A DNA stretch of 15,281 bases, taken from NCBI GenBank assembly GCA_029856365.1, contig JAHQWW010000088.1, positions 1-15,281 of the forward strand. The letters run 5' to 3'. Each line of letters starts with the position of its first letter. Position 1 is the first letter of the stretch. The notes beneath the pieces were generated by a model. The model was not told the origin of the DNA. It was given only the letters and a program-made list of their open reading frames with translations, and searched no databases. The DNA is from Candidatus Hodarchaeota archaeon. GTDB lineage: Archaea > Asgardarchaeota > Heimdallarchaeia > Hodarchaeales > Hodarchaeaceae. Both the position numbers and the translations under genes were made by a program. Shown here piece after piece: positions 1-8,788 of the stretch.

Positions 1-186
1 AATTGTGCTTATTGTGAAGAATTTCCCTGTGATAACTTACAATCACGATTTGTGATCTTTGAAGAAAAGGAAAAAGAGCTCAATAGACTTATCCCAGAAG
101 CTGATTATCTTATTGCTATCAAACCCTATGAGAATCACAAAAGGCTAACTGAATTACGTAAGAGAATTAAGATAAAAAAGGCATAA
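1..186 (+). CDS. DUF3795-like Cys-rich protein, 3' end (5'-partial; not in ORF track)
   Basis: Frame 1 is open from base 1 to TAA 184-186: NCAYCEEFPCDNLQSRFVIFEEKEKELNRLIPEADYLIAIKPYENHKRLTELRKRIKIKKA*. The CxxCxxFPC motif is typical of DUF3795. Confidence 0.75.
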   Translation, partial: NCAYCEEFPCDNLQSRFVIFEEKEKELNRLIPEADYLIAIKPYENHKRLTELRKRIKIKKA

Positions 187-284
187 TTCTTGTTTATTGT
201 ACTTATCATTCGCTTAACTGATCTAAAAGCAAACTTAGCTTGAGGTAAATTTTTATCTCTAAAATTTTCGTTGACAATTTAAAA

Positions 285-646
285 TCATTGATTCTCGTAT
301 TTGAACACATATTTTTTTATTTTCCAATAAATGATCAACACCAGTAACGTAAACAATAGACTTGGAGTAGGTATATACACCCCTCCTCGAAAAGAGTAAT
401 CCCGTGTATAATTGTCTTTATCTGTAACCTTTTTACTTTGAGACCAAAAATAAAGTATACCTTGTTTCTACCTCATAAAGTGATAGTAAAAAGTTTAGAG
501 ATTAATGTCCTGGCTGAACGAGTCACGGTGGCCCATTCAGAATGAGTTAGATTTACTCCGTTATTCACCTATATTGGTCTGAGATTAATGAAGAATATCA
601 CTGAACCTACAAATAAGACACCAGCTGAAGGTCTTTCTAAAAGCAT
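285..646 (-). pseudogene. Possible degraded small secreted/membrane-anchored protein
   Basis: ATG 646 gives signal-like MLLERPSAGVLFVGSVIFFINLRPI followed by a stop. A separate open stretch 467->285 ends GGVYIPTPSLLFTLLVLIIYWKIKKYVFKYENQ* (TM helix plus basic tail). Several stops and a frame change lie between them. Confidence 0.3.
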
Positions 647-659
647 GGGCCAATTGAGC

Positions 660-1127
660 TCACTCCTCCTCCTCATCCTTTTCCTCTCTTATCTTTTTAT
701 TTTTTTCCAGTTTAGTGATGAAAAGGAATTTTTCTTGGTAATTTTGATGCACATTTTCTACAAGGATCCTGTCTGCTGAATAAGCCTGCACCTCTAAAAC
801 GTCTGTTAATGCGACATATGCAGCGTCATAGATGGATATGTTATATTCTACTGCTAAGCTTATTGTTTTTTGGGCATAATCACCAATCAATGGAAATTGT
901 AAAATTCCGTAATTTTCTAATGAAATAGCTGCATCTACTAAGTCTTCTTGAGGAAACAATTTACTATATCTTAGAGCATTAAGAACTTCATAATTTAATA
1001 AGGTTGGAGCCAATATTTCTATTTGACCTTCGACGAAACGATCTCTGATCATAAGGGCTAGATTGCTAAATTCTTCAGTAATAAACCATTTTACAACAAT
1101 ATTTGCATCCACAACAATTTTTTGCAT
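660..1127 (-). CDS. vapC: Type II TA toxin, VapC/PIN-domain ribonuclease
   Basis: PIN motifs VVDANIVVKWF, APTLLNYEVLNAL, SIYDAAYVAL and YSAD. The start is placed at ATG 1127 (MQKIVVD) rather than 1205 because the PIN strand-1 motif follows immediately and 1205 overlaps the antitoxin. Confidence 0.92.
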   Translation of the reverse strand: MQKIVVDANIVVKWFITEEFSNLALMIRDRFVEGQIEILAPTLLNYEVLNALRYSKLFPQEDLVDAAISLENYGILQFPLIGDYAQKTISLAVEYNISIYDAAYVALTDVLEVQAYSADRILVENVHQNYQEKFLFITKLEKNKKIREEKDEEEE

Positions 1128-1158
1128 AGACTTCCCTTTCTTGACGATCCTGAGTGTG

Positions 1159-1389
1159 CTAGCTCCTGATTTCTCTCCACTCTCTAATAATATCTGTGCT
1201 GTCATATCCTATGGGTGCTGTTTTACGAATCCTTTCATTTATTAGTACCGCTTTAGCAAGATTCTTCTGTTTTTCTTGATTAAGGCGAGTTCTTATTGCT
1301 TCCCTGATAATTTCGCTCCAGTTAACTTGTCTCATTTGCTCCATTTCTTTTTTCATCTTTTCATCTATTCGGACACTGATATTTGCCAT
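1159..1389 (-). CDS. vapB: VapB-type ribbon-helix-helix antitoxin
   Basis: MANISVRIDEKMKKEM...VNWSEIIREAIR is an archaeal RHH antitoxin pattern, with a C-terminal DSTDIIREWRE. It lies directly upstream of the PIN gene on the same strand. Likely start is ATG 1389. Confidence 0.88.
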   Translation of the reverse strand: MANISVRIDEKMKKEMEQMRQVNWSEIIREAIRTRLNQEKQKNLAKAVLINERIRKTAPIGYDSTDIIREWREIRS

Positions 1390-1400
1390 TGTAATCACTA

Positions 1401-1410
1401 TGTATATACA
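1401..1410. promoter_or_regulatory. Candidate vapBC autoregulatory operator (TGTATATACA)
   Basis: Perfect 10-bp palindrome 12-21 nt upstream of the vapB ATG, between a TATA-like TTTTTATTA (minus strand, ~1420-1428) and the start codon. Confidence 0.35.
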
Positions 1411-1487
1411 AGTAGTACAGTAATAAAAATATTACGGTTTATTTTTTGCTTATGATTGAGAGAGGAGGCAACTATTTTATTGAGATG

Positions 1488-1652
1488 CTATTGCCAAGGA
1501 ATCTTACCGCGAATAATCTTTCTCTGTGAGAAGTAAGATACAACCTTGGAGTTGATTCCTTCCAGTTTTTTTCCAAGGAATGATTCTTGACCTCCTAACA
1601 CAACAACTAGAGGAACAATAGGTCCAGAAGTTGATAAATATTGTTTAGTCAT
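1488..1652 (-). CDS. Small hypothetical ORF or gene remnant (54 aa)
   Basis: MTKQYLSTSGPIVPLVVVLGGQESFLGKKLEGINSKVVSYFSQRKIIRGKIPWQ*. It is co-oriented with its neighbours but has no recognised motif. Confidence 0.25.
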   Translation of the reverse strand: MTKQYLSTSGPIVPLVVVLGGQESFLGKKLEGINSKVVSYFSQRKIIRGKIPWQ

Positions 1653-1930
1653 ACTGATTGCTCAATCTTAGTGATTATGGAAATGTTTTCTATCCCATTT
1701 CTTGCTTCTTTTGATTCTCATTTCAGAGGGTTTGTATCTATATTACCCTGAACCTAAAAAAAAGGCTACATGTAACTTATCAAATGTTTACACTTCTTGC
1801 GAATTTCAATCCGAATTTTCATGAGCAAATAAGCACTCATGCAATACCTAGGAGAAGTGAGTTATCATCTCTAATTCTTCTTTGGAGAGTCCCCTCTCTT
1901 TCTCTGGATATCTTTGATAAATAACGTGAA

Positions 1931-2695
1931 TTAAACAGTTTTACTCTTAATACGATAGTGATAGGAGTATAATTCTATATATCCTAATTTTGTGTACATG
2001 TTCATTGCAGCAAGATTATTATGTTCAACTTGCAGATAAATACTATGAATTGAGTTGTTTATACACCAATTTTCAATGAATCGCATAAGAGAATAACCAA
2101 ATGATCGTCTTCGCTTCATGGGATCAACCAGCAGCGAATAAATACCGATGTAATGTCTTTCTAAGACACCTAAAGTAACCCCTACATCCTGATCATCTTC
2201 TTTTACTGTAAAAAAGATTTTTTCTAGGAAAATTCTATGAATTATTGCTTCCATTTGGATAGATTTTTCTAAAGGCATGTTGGAGAAAGTTTGGAATGTT
2301 TTAAACCAGACATCGTTAAAATTAGCTCTCTGTGAAATATATTGAAAAGAAGCAGAATAAGGGTTTTTATGGGTTAATGTTTTCATCATGACTGTTGTTG
2401 GGGATTTAACCTTGTAATTCATATTTTCTAGGACATTATCCAGATGATCTGGTGATGTATATTCAGGGATTTGAAAAATAACGTTTAAGTGTCTCTTCTG
2501 ATACATTTCTTCTATTTTATGAACATCCTTTTCACAGTTTCGACCAAAATAATACAGTGGAAGAACAGAGTTAGTCCTATCAAACATACCATGTGAAAAA
2601 CGAACAATCCATCCATTGAAAAATGAATACTGTTTAGCTGGCCAAGCATTATTTGTTAATTCTTGATATAATAAAACGTTTTGTCTTAAGTCCAT
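1931..2695 (-). CDS. GNAT family N-acetyltransferase
   Basis: N-terminal NAWPA...GWIVRFSHG..RTNSV pattern. C-terminal GNAT motifs IYSLLVDPMKRRRSFG and YLQVEHNNLAAMNMYTKLGY. Start is probably ATG 2695 (the track extends it to 2740). Confidence 0.88.
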   Translation of the reverse strand: MDLRQNVLLYQELTNNAWPAKQYSFFNGWIVRFSHGMFDRTNSVLPLYYFGRNCEKDVHKIEEMYQKRHLNVIFQIPEYTSPDHLDNVLENMNYKVKSPTTVMMKTLTHKNPYSASFQYISQRANFNDVWFKTFQTFSNMPLEKSIQMEAIIHRIFLEKIFFTVKEDDQDVGVTLGVLERHYIGIYSLLVDPMKRRRSFGYSLMRFIENWCINNSIHSIYLQVEHNNLAAMNMYTKLGYIELYSYHYRIKSKTV

Positions 2696-2835
2696 AGTAA
2701 CACCTATAAAAGAAGTTCCTTCATTTTCATTTGCAAGCATATCAATGAGACAGATCTTACAAGGTGTAGTAATCTTATCACCGATTCTTATGTTAATGTT
2801 ATCTTATACCTCAAAGTTACCAAAAAAATGATATC

Positions 2836-3244
2836 TTATAGTAGAGTTGTGATAAATTCTTGAGGGGATAGCTTATCCGATAGAAAAGGAAAATCCTTTT
2901 TATTATTAGTTATTAGTATCAAATCGTTTTCTAACGCTGTGGCGACTATTAAGCAGTCACGAAAAAAATACTGAGATCCTCGGGGGTCATCTTTAAAAGT
3001 TATTGCTAATTGATTCGCCCGATCAGTTGAACTTATAGTTAATGGTGCACATGTAATAGAGGATTCCTCTAACACTTTTCTGAAGACATAATATTTTTGT
3101 CGTACACGAAAAATGATCCCCAGTTCAAGGTATATTACAGGATTGACGAAAGCTTGGATGGTTCCTCTAAAAGAATGTATTTTTTCCCTGTTTCAATAGG
3201 GATTTATTATTAAAGGCGTTAGTATCTAAAAGAATTCGAATCAT
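2836..3244 (-). pseudogene. PIN-domain (VapC-like) gene split by a +1 frameshift
   Basis: ATG 3244 gives MIRILLDTNAF... (PIN motif 1), which stops after 25 aa. The +1 frame continues AFVNPVIYLELG...RDCLIVATALENDLILITNNKKDF. Removing one A from the A6 run (3180-3185) restores a ~135-aa PIN protein. Confidence 0.85.
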
Positions 3245-3261
3245 TTCTCAGATACTTCCTT

Positions 3262-3290
3262 TAAAATTTCAGCGGTCCGCTGAAATTTTA
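3262..3290. repeat. Perfect 29-bp palindrome (14-1-14)
   Basis: TAAAATTTCAGCGG-T-CCGCTGAAATTTTA in the 80-bp divergent intergenic gap 3245-3324. Confidence 0.95.
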
Positions 3291-3324
3291 TAAACCTAGA
3301 AGACTCCCCTTTATTGTAATAAGG

Positions 3325-4734
3325 ATGAAATCCCAAAAAAGGTTAAGAATTAAGTATTTAATTCTCATCTTTACTCTCTTCGGATTTACAATTTCTTTTC
3401 GTGTTTTTGGATATACTCAAATCATGGAAGACTTCAGAGGAGAGTTCAGAGGGGATTTTAGACTGTTAGCTGGTCCCCTAAACACAATACACCTATTTTA
3501 TCGCTATAGTTTCACATCCGTAGATTATGGTTTTGACGATTGGGTTGTCATGTCAGCTGTGGATTTTAATTTCACAGCTCCGATACGGGTTGGGGGTGAG
3601 GTAAGTCAAGAGTCTACAGCTGATTTACTGAATGCAATCGCGTTTGAAAACTCAGGTATAATCACATTCTACACTGATCCCCCAGGCTTGAACACTTGGG
3701 GTTTTTACGGTCGTGAGTGGAATGATACAAACAATACTTGGGATCCCAGGTATCCTCTGTTTATTGGAACCGACCTACAAACACATTTTGGCCCACAAAA
3801 AGCTAATAATACTTATGTATATTTTGGAAGGTATTTACCGGCTTGGGTTGATCCTGAACGGCAATTGTATCTAGTAGTTCAGCAAAGTTTCACGGATAAT
3901 GAGGAGCTTTCTAATCCGTGGTTCTTTCAGATCGATTTAGATTCTTACTCTGTAATTACAAAGAAAGAGATACCTTTTTTCTCTGAGATAGCTGGTGAAT
4001 GGAAGCTTGATACCAAATCCAACCTTATTCGTGCAGGTAATTCCACTAATATCGTAATTCAGTTAAAAGCTGACGGCCAATATCTATTTGTACACTATAA
4101 TGGATTTAAATTCAGTTCTAACCGCGCTCTCCCGTTTTCTCCTGCACAATGGAAGGTTATGAAGAATGGCGATTTAGTTCTGGGTGGTTTTAATCTCAAT
4201 CAAAGCCTTTTTCTTGTTCACACCTTATTACATGATGATTGGGTTCAGACGGAGTTCCCAATTCTAAATACTGAATGGATCAAAATTCTTGATTGGGAAC
4301 TTAGTAATGATAAGGACGTTCACATCCTTGCTGAAACGCCAAACGGATTAGTGTATGCTATTTTAAATGATACTGAGTTGCTAATTCGCGATTTAAGCCA
4401 GTTTAACCTAACTAATATTGTTGATATGAGTTTAGCTGACAATGGAACTGCTTATCTAGGTGGGATGAACTCCGATGGTCACCTAGGTGTTGTAAAACTA
4501 TCCTTAGATTCTCCTCTCTCCTGGATTAATGCAACGGGTTGGAATTCTTTGGTTGAGTGCGGTTATTCTACTTGTCTTGAAGAAGTCCCAATCTTGTTGG
4601 AAGAAAGCTTCTTAGCCTGTGTGTTTATTGTAAGTCTGAAACGCTGTAGAAAACGACGAATGGTTGATCAATCTAGAATCATGAGTTACTGCTGTAACAT
4701 TTATAACTACCCTATTTATATTAACGTTCATTAA
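3325..4734 (+). CDS. Secreted/membrane-anchored hypothetical protein (possibly beta-propeller)
   Basis: 469-aa ORF with a basic + hydrophobic signal peptide, a beta-rich body with several N-x-S/T sequons, and a C-terminal hydrophobic stretch followed by KRCRKRR. The last ~24 aa are probably read-through into an antisense remnant. Confidence 0.8.
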   Translation: MKSQKRLRIKYLILIFTLFGFTISFRVFGYTQIMEDFRGEFRGDFRLLAGPLNTIHLFYRYSFTSVDYGFDDWVVMSAVDFNFTAPIRVGGEVSQESTADLLNAIAFENSGIITFYTDPPGLNTWGFYGREWNDTNNTWDPRYPLFIGTDLQTHFGPQKANNTYVYFGRYLPAWVDPERQLYLVVQQSFTDNEELSNPWFFQIDLDSYSVITKKEIPFFSEIAGEWKLDTKSNLIRAGNSTNIVIQLKADGQYLFVHYNGFKFSSNRALPFSPAQWKVMKNGDLVLGGFNLNQSLFLVHTLLHDDWVQTEFPILNTEWIKILDWELSNDKDVHILAETPNGLVYAILNDTELLIRDLSQFNLTNIVDMSLADNGTAYLGGMNSDGHLGVVKLSLDSPLSWINATGWNSLVECGYSTCLEEVPILLEESFLACVFIVSLKRCRKRRMVDQSRIMSYCCNIYNYPIYINVH

Positions 4735-4821
4735 TACTCCAAATAGTGATATAATCATAAAACTACTGAGTATTAAAAGGGATTTTTTACTGACGTTTTT
4801 GGTCTTCAACATGGTTTTCAT
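4612..4821 (-). pseudogene. Truncated 5' end of a secreted protein
   Basis: MKTMLKTKNVSKKSLLILSSFMIISLFGVLMNVN is a good signal/anchor sequence. The ORF then runs antisense into the convergent gene and stops at 69 aa. Confidence 0.5.
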
Positions 4822-5177
4822 ACCGTGAATCCTTTTTCATACAAAAGTCAATTGAGTTCCTGATTTGAAAAATATTATGTTTAATTGTGTGGATAACTAC
4901 ACCTTGGATCGCAGAGAATGAAAAGATAACTGGAATTAATGAATTATATTCTCCAATCTCTGAAAATTAAAACGAGTGTACAGACATCATTCGAGGTATC
5001 ATTCATACGAAATAAGGTGTTCTCTAAAGTACTCTCAATGACTATGTTGATCATTGATGATCATTTGTGTGTGTGATGAAGGGAGACACCTTCAAGAAAA
5101 ACACGAGTTGATAACTAGCTATTAAACAAAATTCATAAACAGATATTTCTTGAATACAGATAGTTTGTGAAATAATC

Positions 5178-7466
5178 ATGGTTCCGAGGGTCTTAGTCAT
5201 TGGGGAAAAGCCATCGCAGATTAAGACAATTGCGAATACTCTTTTCACTCATAGCTCAACCGAAAAGTTTGCCGACCGATTATACCTTCGGATTGGGCAA
5301 TGGGATAATAAAGAACTGATCATGATTCCATTGATAGGTCATATCACCACCATTGATACTGCTAAAGAATTTGGGTGGAATAAATGTCAGCCATTGGCTA
5401 TTGTTCAAAATTCTAACGCTTTGATCCTTCATACTAATCAGACATTTCAGAGGATAATCAGTAGAAAAGCTAAAGTGGTTGACGAGTTATGGTTGGCTAC
5501 TGATCCCGACTCGGAAGGTGATAATATTGCCTATGAAGCATACATGATTGCCATTAGTGCTAACCCATCTCTTAAGCAAGCAACTAAACGAATTTGGAAT
5601 TCTTCCCTCACAAAACAGGAAATCCTCAGAGCGTTTCGAAATCTAATCCCGTGGGAACTATATCTAGCCCTGGCAGTACAAGGGCGACGAATGGTTGACG
5701 CCTGGGTAGGATTCGCAGGGACAAGACAGGTGACTGGAACAGCAAGAAAAGTAATCAAACAACGAGGGGTGGTATTATCAGTCGGTAGAGTCCAATTACC
5801 AACATTAAAATTAATTGTAGATCGTGATCGCGAAAGGGATGAGTTTCAACGGAAGTTAAAATTTAATATACTAGCTGACTTATTAAGTGATAATAGAAAA
5901 GAAGTACTGGTGACCGTTAAACACGACAAATCGCCATTTAAAGAGGAAAAACAAGTCAAGCAAATATTAAACGAAATAGGGAAAGCCAAAACAGGGACAA
6001 TAACCAAATTTAAGACTTGGAAGACTAAAATTCCTCCACCAAGACCGTGGAACACTACTGATGCTTTAGCACTCTTGACAAAAGAATTAAAGATAAAAGC
6101 TAATGCAGCTATGGAACTTCTCACTATATTATACGAAAACGGATACATTTCATACCCAAGAACAGAGAATCGCCATTTTAAAGACAACTTCCCTCATGAT
6201 GAGATATTGACTAAATTAGAAGGATATTCTAACTATAGACCTTTACTGAAATTAATCACCAATACCAGTCAAGTGCGAAGCAATGGGAAAAAACAGGGAG
6301 CTGAAGACCATGATCCGGTTCATCCAACAGGTGAAATACCCACAGAAGACAAAATAATAACAAAAATGCACTTGAAGGCGTGGGATTATGTCTCACGTCA
6401 TTATATTGGAATGTTTCTACCAGACCTGATCCAGACACGAGGATCGGTAAAAGTAACCATTAAGGAAGAACCATTTAGTCAGAAATATCAGCAGACCATT
6501 GATGAGGGCTGGACTCAAGTAATCACTTGGAAAAAACCGAAGGAAACCAAGAAGTTTGTCTTCACTGAGGATCAGATAGCACAGGTTGATAAAATCAGAA
6601 GTGAGTCCTTCAAGACCAAACCACCCGCACAATGGAACGATTCTACTCTGATACGTCAGTTGGAAAAACTAAGAATAGGTACTAAATCAAGTCGTCCAGA
6701 GATCATTAATAAGTTGGAAGCACGAAAATATATTGTTAGATGCGGAAAAACGTTCTATGAGAGCACTACAAGAGGACATACGATTATCCAGGTATTTGAA
6801 AAAGTCTGGCCAGACCTCGTGACACCTGGCTTTACTCGAATGGTGGAAGCGATGATGGATGAGGTCGCGACAAAACAAGCAAGCTATGACACTATGTTGG
6901 AAACATTGAGAGGGCATTACATCGGCCTTCATGAGAAATTGCTTTCACAACTCCCTAGACTCCAAGCACTCTTACAACAAGATATGTTGATTCGAAGTGA
7001 ACAGAAAATAGCAAGGGGAAAGAGGACAACTGTACCAACACAAGTCCTTTGTCCGTTGTGTCAGCAAGGGAAAGCAATAGAAAGGTTGAATGTTAAAACA
7101 AACAAAAAATTCTTCGGGTGTTCACGATACCCAGAGTGTAAGTGGACAGCTCCTAGTAAAAAGACACGAGACGGAAAAATCATCCCAGCTCAAACAGCAA
7201 AGGATGTAGTAGGACCATGTCCCGAGTGTAATGGCACCCTCTTCCTTAAACGAATCAAGGATTATCGGTTTGTTGGATGCTCAAAATATCCCACCTGTCA
7301 GACATCATTCTTCTTACCCAAAAGAGGGCGACTTACGCTCCTGAGAAAGGAGGAATGCCCGATGTGCCAACGTCAAATGGTCTCGCATGTGTCACGAAAT
7401 GAAAAAACGGGGGAATCAGAGAAGAAGGTCTTTTGTGTAATCTGTCAAAATTCAGGAAAAGGCTAA
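5178..7466 (+). CDS. topA: DNA topoisomerase IA (archaeal TopA / TopoIII-like) with three C-terminal Zn ribbons
   Basis: TOPRIM motifs EKPS and ATDPDSEGDNIA; SVGRVQLPTL; catalytic Tyr in GYISYPRTE; IGTKSSR. Zn ribbons CPLC..CSRYPEC, CPEC..CSKYPTC and CPMC..CVIC. Confidence 0.96.
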   Translation: MVPRVLVIGEKPSQIKTIANTLFTHSSTEKFADRLYLRIGQWDNKELIMIPLIGHITTIDTAKEFGWNKCQPLAIVQNSNALILHTNQTFQRIISRKAKVVDELWLATDPDSEGDNIAYEAYMIAISANPSLKQATKRIWNSSLTKQEILRAFRNLIPWELYLALAVQGRRMVDAWVGFAGTRQVTGTARKVIKQRGVVLSVGRVQLPTLKLIVDRDRERDEFQRKLKFNILADLLSDNRKEVLVTVKHDKSPFKEEKQVKQILNEIGKAKTGTITKFKTWKTKIPPPRPWNTTDALALLTKELKIKANAAMELLTILYENGYISYPRTENRHFKDNFPHDEILTKLEGYSNYRPLLKLITNTSQVRSNGKKQGAEDHDPVHPTGEIPTEDKIITKMHLKAWDYVSRHYIGMFLPDLIQTRGSVKVTIKEEPFSQKYQQTIDEGWTQVITWKKPKETKKFVFTEDQIAQVDKIRSESFKTKPPAQWNDSTLIRQLEKLRIGTKSSRPEIINKLEARKYIVRCGKTFYESTTRGHTIIQVFEKVWPDLVTPGFTRMVEAMMDEVATKQASYDTMLETLRGHYIGLHEKLLSQLPRLQALLQQDMLIRSEQKIARGKRTTVPTQVLCPLCQQGKAIERLNVKTNKKFFGCSRYPECKWTAPSKKTRDGKIIPAQTAKDVVGPCPECNGTLFLKRIKDYRFVGCSKYPTCQTSFFLPKRGRLTLLRKEECPMCQRQMVSHVSRNEKTGESEKKVFCVICQNSGKG

Positions 7467-7597
7467 TGTGAGAAGCTTCTCTTGGGTATTCAAGAACTAA
7501 GTCTCTTTTCACTTCATCATAATTGATACTTGGAGAGAAAAATAACTACTAAATACAATGAGAAAAAATAATTACTCTGAAAGGAAGTAATACTACT

Positions 7598-7807
7598 ATG
7601 GAAAAATGTCACCAATGTGGTGGTTTAATTAAGAAAGTCGTTGGATCTGTTACATTAGAAGGCATTACTATTAATGATCTTGTTTTTGAAGAATGTCAAC
7701 AATGTCATGAACAGTACTTTGATGAAAAAACTTCGATTTTCATTTAAGAGGTATTAAAGCTCATAAAGCAACAAAAAGAAAAGTTATTGTTAGAACAGAG
7801 TGTTTAA
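7598..7807 (+). pseudogene. YgiT/MqsA-type zinc-finger protein with a premature TAA (not in ORF track)
   Basis: MEKCHQCGGLIKKVVGSVTLEGITINDLVFEECQQCHEQYFDEKTSIFI*EVLKLIKQQKEKLLLEQSV*. The CxxCGG...CxxCxExYF pattern is present. The stop at 7745-7747 interrupts a continuing helix that ends at 7807. Confidence 0.75.
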
Positions 7808-7825
7808 TAAATTAATAATTGTTTT

Positions 7826-8788
7826 TTACAATGTGAATATTCTTCTGTCTTTGATAAAAGAGGTCAGTATATCTGCAAAATCTGGTGGATACCAATGACC
7901 TAGACCAGGATATTCAATAAATTGGCAAGGAATACCTCCGTCATTCAACATTTTAACAAGTTTTTTAATACTCTCATGGGGAACGGCCTTGTCTTCCTCT
8001 CCCAAAATGATCATTCCTCTCAGATCTCGATTTTTTGTAATTTTGATTAAAGACTGCCACTTATCAAGCTCGTTCATCCACTGGCCACCAGGAGCTACAA
8101 CAATAAAAAAGCACACAGGAATTACTCCAGATAAAGCCAACCAAATTGCGAATTCTGCACCCGATGAAAGCCCCCCAACAATGATATGTTTTAGATCAAG
8201 TGATTTATCAAGATTTAATTTATTTACGTAAGCTTTGATTTGATTAGCGGCTGTTTCGTGATCAGGCCAATACGCGCTATCTCTACCTGACCAGAATAAA
8301 TTAGTTGAACGAGGCATCCCCAGTACATAACCTTGGTCTACAATTGTCTTCCAAGATTCAAATTCTTCTTTAATAAAGCCACTACCAGCATGTAGGGCTA
8401 ACATTAACGGATAAGGTGGACTAAGGTTATCTGGAATAACCGTGATATTATGTTCTTTCTTTAGGGCTTGTTTAGAACGCTCTACACTGATACTTAATAA
8501 CGTTTTAAACTCAGGGATATCTTGAAGGGGTTGTAACGAGGGACTTTGCCGTAAAATAATCTCTGAATACCATCCACCTTCATCTAATATATCTCTGATT
8601 AATTCAATTGACAAATCATATTGCCCTAATTTTGCTGCAGCACAAATCCCTGAATAAGTGAGAGCAGCTTTTCCATAAGGAAATTCTGTATGCTTATCTT
8701 CTAGAAAATCAATGACTTCTCTGTACTTCTCAGCCTGATATAATCTATTCACTTTTCGTAAAAGCTCCCAATATTTCTCCAGGTTCAT
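7826..8788 (-). CDS. Alpha/beta hydrolase (phospholipase/carboxylesterase-like) with an N-terminal TPR-like domain
   Basis: LMLALHAG, nucleophile elbow GLSSG, GEED and GLGHWYP fit a Ser-Asp-His triad. The N-terminal ~100 aa are helical and TPR-like. Confidence 0.85.
   Translation of the reverse strand: MNLEKYWELLRKVNRLYQAEKYREVIDFLEDKHTEFPYGKAALTYSGICAAAKLGQYDLSIELIRDILDEGGWYSEIILRQSPSLQPLQDIPEFKTLLSISVERSKQALKKEHNITVIPDNLSPPYPLMLALHAGSGFIKEEFESWKTIVDQGYVLGMPRSTNLFWSGRDSAYWPDHETAANQIKAYVNKLNLDKSLDLKHIIVGGLSSGAEFAIWLALSGVIPVCFFIVVAPGGQWMNELDKWQSLIKITKNRDLRGMIILGEEDKAVPHESIKKLVKMLNDGGIPCQFIEYPGLGHWYPPDFADILTSFIKDRRIFTL

Noticed and set aside
1128-1205. N-terminal extension of VapC in the ORF track
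   Set aside because: It overlaps vapB, and the PIN domain starts right after ATG 1127.
1740-1930. Protein-like fragments (e.g. ERGLSKEELEM on the minus strand) and a 46-aa plus-strand ORF
   Set aside because: Too short and interrupted to assign without a homology search.
3180-3188. G_GGA_AAA slippery heptamer in frame in the PIN pseudogene (programmed -1 frameshift?)
   Set aside because: The PIN continuation is in the +1 frame; the -1 frame hits TAA after about 15 codons.
4860-5170. Stop-riddled reading frame and a TGATCA-TTGA-TGATCA repeat upstream of topA
   Set aside because: No recognisable family or significant structure.
5051-6932. Minus-strand ORFs 5051-5248, 5531-5758, 5846-6187, 6256-6438, 6417-6632 and 6687-6932
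   Set aside because: Antisense to topA (the first only partly overlapping), with no motifs.
7470-7481. 12-bp palindrome GAGAAGCTTCTC just after the topA stop
   Set aside because: Short, with no loop or T-tract, and about the chance expectation; cannot be called a terminator.
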